Shown here: piece by piece, positions 8,075 through 17,721 of the stretch
Position numbering within the stretch: the first letter of the stretch is position 1
Layout of the letters: each line of letters begins with the position of its first letter
Source: a virus
Lineage: Duplodnaviria; Caudoviricetes
IMG/VR virus record: IMGVR_UViG_3300032219_000815
Coordinates: 1 to 28,377 of that record
Length of the DNA: 28,377 nt
Strand: one strand, 5' to 3'
Notes under the pieces: generated by a model
Seen by the model: the letters and a program-made list of their open reading frames with translations, nothing else
The model's database searches: none
Told to the model about the DNA's origin: nothing
Program-made: the position numbers and the translations under genes

Positions 8075-11000
8075 TAGAGGAGGACTCCTGGGTTGCCTTC
8101 GCGAATGGCCTTAACGACTTCGTCAAGCTTGTCAGACTGCTTCCGCAGTTCGGCCAAGTTCACGTCCTTTGCCGAATCGTCGCCTCGGAGAAGGCGAGTG
8201 AGTTCACTCGCACCCTGAGTCGTCGAAACGTCGGAGACGTTCAGGGCGGCTCGGGATGGGCCTTGAAGGCGAGCGTTCTGCCGCTCGTCTTCAAACTGCT
8301 TCATCATCGGGGCGACTGATTCCATCTGGTTGAAGACAGCTTGACGAAGGAAGGTGTTTGGATTCTCCCCCTTATCGCGAAGCTCGGCGGCGCGGGCGTT
8401 TATGTCGGCCCCTGCGCCCTCCTGGAATTCTTTCTTGAATCGCTCACGTTCAGTCATTCCGAGGTCGCGACCACGGAGGGCTCGGTCGCGTTTGCTCTGG
8501 GCGATTCTAATCTGGTCGATTCTATACTGTTCGCCTTCTGTGCCGCGATCCATGATTTCGTCATTTGAGAACCGCAGTGACCGATTTTTTCTCCGCAATT
8601 CCATCTGTTGAATTTGCTCGTTTGGCTCCAAGCCCGAGGCCGCGTCTTTTTGCGCAAGCTCCGCCAGCATCGCGTCGTTCTCTGCAATTGCTTTTTCGTT
8701 TGCCATAAACTCTGGACTCTTTGCAAGAAATGTGCGTTTTTCGTCCAGGTTTTGCTGCAATTCTTGCGCGCGTTTCCGGTCTTCCATCAGCCTTCTGTCG
8801 GCGACTTGGCGTTCCTCAAGATTCTTCTCGGTCGGATTATTGATGTACCGCTGCTGCGCCTCATTGGCCTGCCGCTCGCTTTCTGAGGTGATCTGGTTCG
8901 CGGCGTCCATTCGACGCTTGAACGCTGGGTCTTCGGCGGTGAGCTGGCGGTTTCGCTCAATCTCCTTTTCTCGGGCGGCTATGCCGTTGTTGATTGCGTC
9001 GAGCTGCTTCCGTTCGGCTTCGGTCAACTGCCGAGTCATCATCTCGCGCTGACGAATCAGCTCAGTCTCTCGCTTCACTGCGGCATCAAGTTGGGCGGTC
9101 TCGGCCGCGTTTAATCCGCCGCCAATCGCACTCTTTGCCTCAAGGTCTTTGCGACTCTGAGTGATGGCCTCAAGTTCGCCATTAACGGCCTGCATCTGCG
9201 GGTTCTGCTGAATCGCGCGACGGCGATTGTCTAGGTCTGCTTGAGCGTTGCCGATGGTTGCGCGGTCGTTGATCAGTCGCTCCTCGGCCGCATCCCTCGC
9301 CTCGCGGCCTCCGGCACGCAGCGGGTTATCCTCAAACGCCCTCTGGGCCGCGTCAGCGCCCTGCTCGGACTTCTGTAAAGCCGAATCGCCGACCTTGCGG
9401 ATGCGGGTCAGCGCTGCCTCGATGCCTGCGGCGGCGTCAAGGAGTGCGGCGGCGGTCTCAGACGCGGCCTGTGCAAGCTCAAGGTTGTTTCCAGCGGCCC
9501 TGCTGGCAGCCTCGGCCGCTCTCAGGTCTGCTTCGGCTTTTTTCACTGTCGCCGCCGCTGCCGTCGTGTCGCCGCCGGCATCCTGAACTTTTCGCATCTC
9601 GGCCCTAGCGTCCTGCAACTGCTGTCGGCGGTCGGCGACAGCCGCGGATTGCCTGTCATTCACTCTGCGTGCCTGCATCTCAGCGTCCGCCGTAGCCCTA
9701 GCGGACGCGACAGCACCGGCCCGTTCATTTTTGAAACGCTCGTTTCCATCCATCGCGTTGATTGCAGATGTAAGGCGTTCGCCTCCGGTAGACCGTCCGA
9801 GTCGAACCTCGCGAGCCTTGGCCTCGGTCTCTGCTTGCTTGATGCGAACGTCGGCGACCTGTTTTTCGGCCTCTTTTACAACCGCCTCTCGCTTCGCGGG
9901 GTCGTCGATTTCCGTGGACATCTCAACTGCACGAGCCAGTTTTGCGTCGGCGTCCGAAAGCTCTGACGCGAGGGAGTCAAGCTGCCGCTGAAACGCAGCA
10001 GCGCCAGGAACTCCACGACTGATAGCCTGCGCCACGTCCTCTTGAGCATCTCGTATCGATCTCGCAGCGTCCTCCGATGCAGTCGCGACCTTTATAGAAA
10101 GCTCATCGATGGCTCTCTGAAACGGAGCCTCAAGCTGCTCAAGAAGGGACTGAAGCCTAGCAATCGTCTCTGATGCCGTTGCTGCTGGTGCCGTCTGCAC
10201 TCCCAAGAATGTGTCTTGAGTCGCGGGACGCAGCCCCGCGATCATTCTTTCTATGGCATCTCGCTGAGAGGCCATATCGTCTCCGGCGCTGTCTGCCATC
10301 GCTCTCGCGCGAGCTACCTTCTCTTGCTGCGAAAGCGCTCTTCCACCTGGGCCGTTCCTGTTTGAGATGTTCCGCAGCCCCTCGTCGAACAAGACTTGCC
10401 GCAAGTCATTTGGCGTGCTTATTGGCCCAGTGCCCATCGGCCTTGCTGCCACAGAGCTGCCGAGGAAACGGCGTGTTCTCTCAAGAATCCCAGAAAGACC
10501 CTGAGTCCCAAACTCAGCGCCGCCAAGCTCGACTGGCTTGTTGCCAACTACAGCCTTCGATCGCTTGTCTGCGGCGTCCAACTCCTGAATGCTCTTCTGA
10601 ATTGAGACTCTTCTGCCTGGGTCTGTTTCGGACTCAAGCTGCTTCGTGAGCTTGTTCCTGTCTGCCCGCCCCCTCTGCATACCGGGGTCAAGGTCTGCTA
10701 TCCTGTTTTCTCGAAGCTCTCTCTGCTTGTTTCTAATGTCAGAGACTTGCTTGCCAAATCCAGTGCCTTTGTCTGCCCCGGCAGATCGCGTGCCTTGCGA
10801 CATTGAATCGCCAAGCGACTTAAATGCCTGTGCAAGCTCCTCGACGAGACCCTTCTGCCGAGCGAGCGCATCGTTCAGCGCCTTCGTTTGATCTTCTGCG
10901 GAGCGGCCGTTGTTTGCCCACTTGATGAGCCCAACGGCAGCTTGGCCGGCGATGACGGCACCGAGGCCGACGAAGAGCCCTGTCGTGCCGCCCAGAATGA

Positions 11001-14000
11001 ACGCCAACTGCGTAATGTTATTACTGACGGCGCGAAGCTTAAACTCAAGGCCACCAGTAGAAGACATGAAGTCATCGATCGCGAAGGCGGCTTGGTTGAG
11101 AGCTAGCGAGAAGTTGTCGAACCCGCCTCTGCCAACGTCGCCGGCCCGCGACACGTCGCGAGTCAGCGTGCCTACCCGAACGCCGCTCACTGCGGCGGCG
11201 GCAGATACAGCCTCCGTCCTCAGTGCAGCGAGTCTCTGTCGAGTTGCGGCAGAATCGATGTTACCGTCGTCGAAGGCCGCGGCGACTGCGTTTCTGAATC
11301 GCTCAAATGCCGCAACAGCCGGCCCTCTCGCCTCGGCGCTGGCTCGGCCAATCGCCCCTTGCAGAATCTGCAACTGGGCGCTGTATCCTTGCAATGCCCG
11401 CTGATCCAAGCCGAGGTTCAAGCCCGCAGCGCCAGCTCCTCCGAATGCCTGCGAGAAGTTCATTGCCTGGGTGGCTCGAGTGGCTTCGGCCGAAAGCTGC
11501 TGCACTCGCTGACGGGCCGCGTCGATGGCACCCGGAAGTGTGCCGGGAGCCGCTGAAAGTCGAATAAACTCCGCCTCGGCATCGCGTATGGCCGGTACGA
11601 ATCTCGTGCGAATACTATCCGGCAGGCCGTCAAGCTGGCTCTTCAGAGACGTGATCCCACTTGCAAGCGAGGCAAGCTGCCGTCGAGGAGCTTCGATGTC
11701 ATCGCCGACCGCTTGCCGAGCAAGTTGCCGGCGGCGATCCTCAAGGCTTGACGATCGCCCCATATCGGAAATGTCTGTCCTATCTCCCTGGCCTCTCAAG
11801 CTTGTGCGAGCACCGATGTTGCCGGCGTTCCTGTCCATCGGCGAAAACGCGCCAAGACGATCCTGATTGCGGTCAATTATTTCAGGAGGCTCTGGTGGAG
11901 TGCCGCCTGCCGCCGTCTGCGCCAGCCTCGTGCCAGCGACCATAAGATCATTCACAGCTCGCACGCGAGTACCGATACGCCCCCAGGCGTCCGCCAACTC
12001 TGCGGCATCTCGCTGCGGGTCAAGCGTGCTGAGTCGCTGTATCTCTGACTTTATGCTTTGGATTTCAGCGCCAGCGCGCCTCGCCTGCTCGCGAAATTCG
12101 TCGAATTGAGGAAGGCCAAACGTGGAATCGACAGCCCCCCGGAAATCCTGCGCCTGCCGACCGAGGCCCGCGTAGACTTCATTCAGCGGACGCTCTTGCA
12201 GTCGGCGCGGGCCGATGAGAGCCTGCTCCGCAGCGTCTAGTGAGCCAGCCTCCTGCTGGCGTGCCGCTGCCATCTCAGCCTGCCTCGCCGCAGCCAGTTC
12301 GCGCTCCTGCGTGATCAGCCGATCGTTCTGCGCGATCTCTGCAACCAGCGCTCTCTGGCGAGCTTGCGCCGCTGCTGCTCGCTGCTGCTCGGCAGCCGAC
12401 AGCGACCGAACGCTTGTCTCAAGTCGGTCAAGAACCTGATTCAGCGCGGAGGCATCTGCCTTGCCTGACTGAAGGTCATTCGACAGCCGGCCAGCGATCT
12501 GGGCGAGCCCAGAGATCGACCGCTTCGCGGCGTCAGGCAGCTTCTCAAACTCAGCGGACAATTGTCGGGCTCGTCCAAGAGCTTCTTCGGCACCGCGGGT
12601 GGCGGGCGTGCCGAACAGGCCGAGGTCTCTCTGCTGTGGGGCGGCAGGGCGTAGCGTGAAGTCTCTTGTCTGCGCTCGCCGAGCGAGGTCTTCCAGCTTT
12701 CTCCTGGCCTCCGCAGTGTCAAGGTTGACTTTGATCTCTTGCTCTGCAACAGACTGCGCCTCGTTCAGCTTCGCGACAAGTAAATCAAGCGACCGCTGCG
12801 CAGACCCCGTCGGCAGGCCGAGGTTCGCCTTCATCTGTAGTTTCGCAAACGCCGCTTCGGCCTCGCGGGTGAGCTGGTTAATCGTGACAAGCGACTCGAC
12901 GAGCCTTGGGCTGGAGGCAATTGCCGAGGCCGGAAGCCCCGCCGCCTTGTTGCCGACAGCAGCTCCGCGGTCAAGCGACTCGGAAAGCCCAGGCTGCGCG
13001 AATACCAGCTCTCGCCCGGTCTTCACCCGGCCGGCCTTCTCGGACACCTCTGCCAGTTGTCGAACCGAAGCCACGGTCGCATCGACGCTGGCTTTTACTT
13101 GATCGAAGTTCTTCTTTATGGCCGCCGACGGAGCGACACCACCTTCAATCAGAGCGTTGAGCGATTCAATTTCAGACTGCGACTGAACGAGGGCAGGCAG
13201 GAACCCTGCCTGAACCTCCTTCGCGAGGCCAGTCAGTGTCGCCTGGGCGGCCTTGATCGGGTCGGACAACTCCTCCGACACTGACACAAGCTGCCGCATC
13301 TTGTTCGACGCTGCCTCGAGGTCTGAGCGACCAAGCTCGTCCATCAGGGCCGGCAGCCGCTCGAGCACATCGCTGGCGGTGGCACCTCGTTTTATAAGCT
13401 GATCGAGGTCGGACAGGTCGATATCGACGCCGTACTTCGCGGTGATCTGTGTTTGCAGCTCCTTCGCTGCCCGCGACACGGCTCGGATCGCGGCGGCTTC
13501 TTCTTTCCGCGCGGCGGCAATGTCTCCGCTGCTGGCAGCGACTCCTTCGCCAGCCTCGGCCTGCTTGATTTCACGCATCACCGTCTTGATGGTGTCGCGG
13601 TACTTCTCAAGGTCAGCCAGTTTCTTTGCAAGCTCCTGCTGCTGGCCCGTGAGCGACGATACCCTTGCATTCGCAGCGTTGAGTTCCTCAGGCCTTGACC
13701 GCGACCCCCTCGCCATCGTGTCAAGCGTGTTCCTGGCAGCCGTGGCTCTGTCTAGCTCGGACTGCAATTTCACCAACTCTCCGCTGGTTGCAGATATCGC
13801 CTTCGTGAGCGACTTGCCTCCCATGAACTCGCCGCCCATCAGCTTGCCGGCAGAACCTTGGGCTTCTTCAAGCTTGGCTCTCAGAGACTCCACGCTCTCG
13901 GCGTTTACCTTGACCGTGACAGCACCGCTGCCGATCGCCGCCACCTTGGCTCTCGCCGCGTCCGCTGCGGCAGTCAGGTCGGCCAGTCGCTTGCGAGACT

Positions 14001-14469
14001 CCCCAATGTCAATGTCGGCCTCGATCTTCCCGCCAAGCTCCTTGAGCTTTTCCAGGCCGCCGAAGCGAGCGATGATCTCAATGTCCTTCGACTTGAGTCC
14101 GTACAGCTTTTCGCGTACCTGATCAACGCTCTGCATCCCTGTCGTCTTTAGGACGATATCGACCTGACGCTTCGACAGGGCCGAGTTCAGCCTGGACTGG
14201 AGCGAGTCCAAGTCCTTGATCATGCCGGGGAAGCCCTTGAAAGAGAGCTTCATCGTCGCCGCGGCTTGGAGCGATCGCTCAAACTTCTGGAGCGGCGTAT
14301 AGATGCCCTCCAGAGAACGCGCCGCCTGCCGGGAGGCAGAGGTCAAGTTGCTCTGCACGCTCCTGGCAAACGACGACACTTCCTTGGCCGACTTCGACAG
14401 TTTTCCGTCGAAGTCGGCCGTATTCGCCGAGACGATCGCACTGATCTTGCCGAGGTAGCCGTTGCCCAT
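8074..14469 (-). CDS. Tail tape measure protein
   Basis: About 2130 aa, Ala/Gln/Arg-rich and helical. N-terminus LGKISAIVSANTADF; hydrophobic segment FILGGTTGLFVGLGAVIAGQAAVGLI. Follows the chaperone pair. Confidence 0.92.
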   Translation of the reverse strand: MGNGYLGKISAIVSANTADFDGKLSKSAKEVSSFARSVQSNLTSASRQAARSLEGIYTPLQKFERSLQAAATMKLSFKGFPGMIKDLDSLQSRLNSALSKRQVDIVLKTTGMQSVDQVREKLYGLKSKDIEIIARFGGLEKLKELGGKIEADIDIGESRKRLADLTAAADAARAKVAAIGSGAVTVKVNAESVESLRAKLEEAQGSAGKLMGGEFMGGKSLTKAISATSGELVKLQSELDRATAARNTLDTMARGSRSRPEELNAANARVSSLTGQQQELAKKLADLEKYRDTIKTVMREIKQAEAGEGVAASSGDIAAARKEEAAAIRAVSRAAKELQTQITAKYGVDIDLSDLDQLIKRGATASDVLERLPALMDELGRSDLEAASNKMRQLVSVSEELSDPIKAAQATLTGLAKEVQAGFLPALVQSQSEIESLNALIEGGVAPSAAIKKNFDQVKASVDATVASVRQLAEVSEKAGRVKTGRELVFAQPGLSESLDRGAAVGNKAAGLPASAIASSPRLVESLVTINQLTREAEAAFAKLQMKANLGLPTGSAQRSLDLLVAKLNEAQSVAEQEIKVNLDTAEARRKLEDLARRAQTRDFTLRPAAPQQRDLGLFGTPATRGAEEALGRARQLSAEFEKLPDAAKRSISGLAQIAGRLSNDLQSGKADASALNQVLDRLETSVRSLSAAEQQRAAAAQARQRALVAEIAQNDRLITQERELAAARQAEMAAARQQEAGSLDAAEQALIGPRRLQERPLNEVYAGLGRQAQDFRGAVDSTFGLPQFDEFREQARRAGAEIQSIKSEIQRLSTLDPQRDAAELADAWGRIGTRVRAVNDLMVAGTRLAQTAAGGTPPEPPEIIDRNQDRLGAFSPMDRNAGNIGARTSLRGQGDRTDISDMGRSSSLEDRRRQLARQAVGDDIEAPRRQLASLASGITSLKSQLDGLPDSIRTRFVPAIRDAEAEFIRLSAAPGTLPGAIDAARQRVQQLSAEATRATQAMNFSQAFGGAGAAGLNLGLDQRALQGYSAQLQILQGAIGRASAEARGPAVAAFERFRNAVAAAFDDGNIDSAATRQRLAALRTEAVSAAAAVSGVRVGTLTRDVSRAGDVGRGGFDNFSLALNQAAFAIDDFMSSTGGLEFKLRAVSNNITQLAFILGGTTGLFVGLGAVIAGQAAVGLIKWANNGRSAEDQTKALNDALARQKGLVEELAQAFKSLGDSMSQGTRSAGADKGTGFGKQVSDIRNKQRELRENRIADLDPGMQRGRADRNKLTKQLESETDPGRRVSIQKSIQELDAADKRSKAVVGNKPVELGGAEFGTQGLSGILERTRRFLGSSVAARPMGTGPISTPNDLRQVLFDEGLRNISNRNGPGGRALSQQEKVARARAMADSAGDDMASQRDAIERMIAGLRPATQDTFLGVQTAPAATASETIARLQSLLEQLEAPFQRAIDELSIKVATASEDAARSIRDAQEDVAQAISRGVPGAAAFQRQLDSLASELSDADAKLARAVEMSTEIDDPAKREAVVKEAEKQVADVRIKQAETEAKAREVRLGRSTGGERLTSAINAMDGNERFKNERAGAVASARATADAEMQARRVNDRQSAAVADRRQQLQDARAEMRKVQDAGGDTTAAAATVKKAEADLRAAEAASRAAGNNLELAQAASETAAALLDAAAGIEAALTRIRKVGDSALQKSEQGADAAQRAFEDNPLRAGGREARDAAEERLINDRATIGNAQADLDNRRRAIQQNPQMQAVNGELEAITQSRKDLEAKSAIGGGLNAAETAQLDAAVKRETELIRQREMMTRQLTEAERKQLDAINNGIAAREKEIERNRQLTAEDPAFKRRMDAANQITSESERQANEAQQRYINNPTEKNLEERQVADRRLMEDRKRAQELQQNLDEKRTFLAKSPEFMANEKAIAENDAMLAELAQKDAASGLEPNEQIQQMELRRKNRSLRFSNDEIMDRGTEGEQYRIDQIRIAQSKRDRALRGRDLGMTERERFKKEFQEGAGADINARAAELRDKGENPNTFLRQAVFNQMESVAPMMKQFEDERQNARLQGPSRAALNVSDVSTTQGASELTRLLRGDDSAKDVNLAELRKQSDKLDEVVKAIREGNPGVLL

Positions 14470-14473
14470 CAAT

Positions 14474-14794
14474 TCACCCCGGTAGTGGCTGTTTCAGCTT
14501 CAGTAGCTCGGACATGATCTGCGACTTCGACTGCTCGGCCTTGACTGCTGTCGGAATGAACGCGGCTTCGTCGGGGAGGTCGTGCTTCTTGTAGTTCCCT
14601 GATGACGCCATGATCACCCTGCACAGTCGTGCTGTCTGACCCCACGGGTCGGGCAGCGGCCATCGCTGATCAAACGCATACCACTCGGCGATCTCCTTGC
14701 TGTCCACTTCATCCAGCAACCGCTTGACGCTCATCCCAAGCGTTGCCGCTAGACGGAAGTAGAACCGTCGTTCAGGACGGCGGGCGAATCTTCC
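14474..14794 (-). CDS. Tail assembly chaperone, frameshifted C-terminal part (lambda gpT-like)
   Basis: The -1 frame is open from the slippery site: GRFARRPERRFYFRLAATLGMSVKRLLDEVDSKEIAEWYAF... Confidence 0.8.
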   Translation of the reverse strand, partial: GRFARRPERRFYFRLAATLGMSVKRLLDEVDSKEIAEWYAFDQRWPLPDPWGQTARLCRVIMASSGNYKKHDLPDEAAFIPTAVKAEQSKSQIMSELLKLKQPLPG

Positions 14795-15120
14795 CCCAGG
14801 TCATCCACTGCCTCCTGCGTGAAGGCGTTCAGCTTCCAGCCGGCCTCGAATAGGCGATTGATTACCACCGACGACTTCTTGCCCAGCACGTCGGCTTCGT
14901 CGTCGCTGAAGAGTCGCTCGCCGGCCTCGTCGCACAGGGCGAGCAGGAGGAAACGAATACGGAACGCCTTCATCTTCTGGTCGGCGTAGGACTCCTCGAA
15001 ACGATCGCGGTCGGTGCCGGTGAGGACGCGAAGAAACACGTCGCCCTTCCACTCGGGCACGGCGAACTTCTCTTTACGAACGTCATCGACAGCCAGGATG
15101 CTTTTGCGGTCAAGTGCCAT
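14749..15120 (-). CDS. Tail assembly chaperone (lambda gpG-like)
   Basis: VPEWKGDVFLRVLTGTDRDRFE...LCDEAGERLFSDD...LGKKSS. Lies between the tube genes and the tape measure gene. Confidence 0.85.
   Translation of the reverse strand: MALDRKSILAVDDVRKEKFAVPEWKGDVFLRVLTGTDRDRFEESYADQKMKAFRIRFLLLALCDEAGERLFSDDEADVLGKKSSVVINRLFEAGWKLNAFTQEAVDDLGEDSPAVLNDGSTSV
14791..14797 (-). promoter_or_regulatory. -1 programmed ribosomal frameshift site GGGGGAA
   Basis: In-frame CTG GGG GAA near the end of the chaperone gene. A -1 shift joins it to the ORF ending at 14474. Confidence 0.8.
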
Positions 15121-15165
15121 TGAAATCTGCTCCAGAAAGTGCTTTGCGTTGCGGCATCCTGCCGA

Positions 15166-15531
15166 CTATGTGCCTTGATAATCAGTCATCAGAAACTTGA
15201 GAGAGCCGCGGACTAGCTCGCCAGACTGCGCGCTCACAGACGCGGACTCGCAGATCACGCGACGGCTGACGGAGTAGCCCGAAGACGTGAACGTGAGTTG
15301 GCCGACCTTCTTCACGAACGCCTGCGGGTCGGTGTTCCATGTCAGGAAGTCCACCGTTATGGTGCCGCCGGCCCATTCGCCGGTCGGCACCATAAACGTG
15401 TACCCCAGGCCGTCGCCCGCGGCGGTCATGTTCGTGACCTCGGCTGTCGGCATTTCCACAGAGATGCCAGTCAGCGTGCCGCTGAACGACAGGAAGGAAA
15501 ACCTCGCGCCTTGTGCGGTGGCCCCGGCCAT
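15166..15531 (-). CDS. Tail tube-like protein 2
   Basis: Tube-type pattern AQGARFSF...EVTNMT...GTITVDF...SASVSAQSGELVRGSLKF; GGAGG RBS. Confidence 0.6.
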   Translation of the reverse strand: MAGATAQGARFSFLSFSGTLTGISVEMPTAEVTNMTAAGDGLGYTFMVPTGEWAGGTITVDFLTWNTDPQAFVKKVGQLTFTSSGYSVSRRVICESASVSAQSGELVRGSLKFLMTDYQGT

Positions 15532-15551
15532 GTCGGGTCACCTCCGAAGCG

Positions 15552-15887
15552 TTAGGCAACCCGCCAAGTCGCGTTGCCCTTGATGAGATCGCCGACGGTG
15601 CCGCCCACGGTCGAGGCCGTGAGGGTGGCGTTGCCAGAGAAGCTGAGAGAACCGGGGCCAGTGATGCTGATCGCGGCCGAGTAGGCCGTGATGACATTCT
15701 GGGCGATGTAGTCGCAGGAGATTTCCCGCTGCACGAACGTCGGGACGTACTGCCGGCGATCGCCTGCGGGCTGGCCGAGGTGCGAACCGTCCGCGGTGTC
15801 GATCTGGTCGTTGACATTGAAGCTCGTGATCGTGAGCGTCGTGCCTGCGTAGGTCATCGACACGCCCATTGCTGCAACACCGGCCAT
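15552..15887 (-). CDS. Tail tube-like protein 1
   Basis: AMGVSMTY...DTADGSHLG...EISCDY...SFSGNATLTASTVGGTVGDLIKGNATWRV; AAGGAGG RBS; follows the tail terminator gene. Confidence 0.65.
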   Translation of the reverse strand: MAGVAAMGVSMTYAGTTLTITSFNVNDQIDTADGSHLGQPAGDRRQYVPTFVQREISCDYIAQNVITAYSAAISITGPGSLSFSGNATLTASTVGGTVGDLIKGNATWRVA

Positions 15888-15911
15888 AGTGCGCCTCCTT
15901 GCGCTAAAGTC

Positions 15912-16337
15912 TTACTCAGTGGCCTCAGACCACCGAATCTGAAATAGTTGTCGAACCTCGTATGCGGGCGGGAGCTGGGCTCCCACGGCTGCCGGGTCAA
16001 GATAATCATCCGTCTCCGAAACGAGCCGTATATCACTAATTGTAACGCCCGAGAGCGTGCCGATGCGTCCATCCAAAGCAAGCCGCACCTCGTCGGCCAG
16101 CTCCCTGGCCGCGTCGTAGTAGAGTGCCCAGGAGGCAATCTGAAGATTGACCACGGGCTGATACAGCGGCCCGACGAGGGCGGCATCTCGAGTGATGTTG
16201 TTCCGCTTGTAGACGCAGAACGGCAGCACCGCTGTCTTCGGCACGGCAATCGGGTAGACCTGAAAGCCGACCAGTCTCGCCACCGCGGGCGTGGTGACCA
16301 GCCTCTGAAAAACGTGCTTTTCTGGGGAGATGATCAC
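15912..16337 (-). CDS. Tail terminator/completion protein (DUF3168-like)
   Basis: LV..PAVARLVG.QVYP...LPFCVY...LQIASWA..YDAARELADEVRLALDG, and synteny. Confidence 0.8.
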   Translation of the reverse strand: MIISPEKHVFQRLVTTPAVARLVGFQVYPIAVPKTAVLPFCVYKRNNITRDAALVGPLYQPVVNLQIASWALYYDAARELADEVRLALDGRIGTLSGVTISDIRLVSETDDYLDPAAVGAQLPPAYEVRQLFQIRWSEATE

Positions 16338-17071
16338 TTCGATAGCCTGTCGATATTGGCCTGAATAGCCGCCTTGAGCGTGTTAAACACGGCCCCCTGC
16401 TGCTCGCTGATGGTCTTCTCCATCGCGTGAGACGCGGGCATTCGGCCGTAAGTGTCGCCGGGGTGCAGCGTGATTGGGTGCATCCTGCCGCCCGAGTATC
16501 CGAAATCGTGCGGATAGCCCTTGCCCATCGCGGCCTGCCTCGCCTCTTCATACTTGCTTCCCATGAGGAAGTAGTAGCCCTTCGACATATTGGCGAACTG
16601 CTTGTCGTTCGCCGAAGAATGACGCCGCATCTTCCCGTTAATCATCTGGTGGACGTTGATGTAGGTTCGGCGACCCTTGGTTCCAGGCTTGCGTGTGCCT
16701 GATCCGAACTCGAAAAGCCATGCGGCGTTCCCCGAGCCGCCCTGCTCGGTTCCGCTGCCAGAACCAGTCTGCCTCGGGCCTACAATTGCAACGGCAGCCG
16801 CGTCGTATGTCTTGGTCTTGATGTATACCGACTTACTCAGGTTGCCAGTGGCGTCTCTGATCTTCGACTTATAGCCCTGCTTTATGTGCTCGCCAGCCTT
16901 CTTGACTGCCGACTCGAGCGCCTTGGGCTCGCCCATCTGCGCGGCCAGAGCCTCGAGCCTCTCTGCAAGCTCCCGAATCCCGGCCGTCTTGACCGTGACG
17001 AAGCCCTCGGCAAGAGACTTGCCCGTCTGGCCGCCGAATGTCCTGGGCGATCCCTGGCCTTGCGTAATCAT
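16334..17071 (-). CDS. HK97 gp10-like tail component
   Basis: GIRELAERL...TGNLSKSV...AWLFEFGS...MPA pattern, and synteny. Confidence 0.75.
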   Translation of the reverse strand: MITQGQGSPRTFGGQTGKSLAEGFVTVKTAGIRELAERLEALAAQMGEPKALESAVKKAGEHIKQGYKSKIRDATGNLSKSVYIKTKTYDAAAVAIVGPRQTGSGSGTEQGGSGNAAWLFEFGSGTRKPGTKGRRTYINVHQMINGKMRRHSSANDKQFANMSKGYYFLMGSKYEEARQAAMGKGYPHDFGYSGGRMHPITLHPGDTYGRMPASHAMEKTISEQQGAVFNTLKAAIQANIDRLSK

Positions 17072-17388
17072 GTCGCGTCCTCCCGCGCCAGTATCTCATG
17101 AATCGAGCGAGCCTCTCGCTCAAGCACGCTGGAAATCTCCATCACGCGGCCACGCCACAGAAGGCGATGCTGATGCGTGATGCCGGGGAAGAATCGAATG
17201 CGAATGCGGTGGGTGACGAGCGCGCCAGCCTGCTGCGCGGCGAAGTAGTCGGCGGCCCTGACGCCCATGACGCTGGCGTAGACCGTAGCCTCGTCCTCCC
17301 AGGTCAGCGTCGTCTCGCCGAACGCGCTCTGCTGATCCACGGGCTTCTGGATCGTCACCCGCTCTCGCATGGTGCCTGAGTTGATCAT
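17068..17388 (-). CDS. Head closure/head-tail adaptor (SPP1 gp16-like)
   Basis: GTMRERVTIQ...FGE...W...TVYASV...THRIRIRF.PGIT...RLLWRGRVMEI. Confidence 0.88.
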   Translation of the reverse strand: MINSGTMRERVTIQKPVDQQSAFGETTLTWEDEATVYASVMGVRAADYFAAQQAGALVTHRIRIRFFPGITHQHRLLWRGRVMEISSVLEREARSIHEILAREDAT

Positions 17389-17391
17389 GGA

Positions 17392-17721
17392 TCACCCCAT
17401 CCAAAGTGCGGTGTAGGTGCCTGATCCAGAGGGTGCCGATACCGTGATCGTCGCCGTGACAGGCAGGACGGCCAGCCGGCCGGCAGAGACGTTGATGCTG
17501 CCGGCCAGCCGCAGAACGCTCGAGCCCGTGTTCTTGACGACCAGCGTCGAGAGCGGCGTGACGCCCACGATCTGCACCGCGGCCGTGCCGACGCTCGCGC
17601 CTACCGTCTGGGCCGTCGTCAGTGCAGGGGAGAGATGCTCAGACAGATTGCCGATGGTCAGCGACGTTTCGGAGGCGTCGTGATAGACGGTGTCGATGTC
17701 GATGCGGGCACGAACGGTCAT
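17392..17721 (-). CDS. Hypothetical beta-rich virion protein
   Basis: 109 aa, ATGA-coupled, inserted between the connector and adaptor genes. Confidence 0.6.
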   Translation of the reverse strand: MTVRARIDIDTVYHDASETSLTIGNLSEHLSPALTTAQTVGASVGTAAVQIVGVTPLSTLVVKNTGSSVLRLAGSINVSAGRLAVLPVTATITVSAPSGSGTYTALWMG

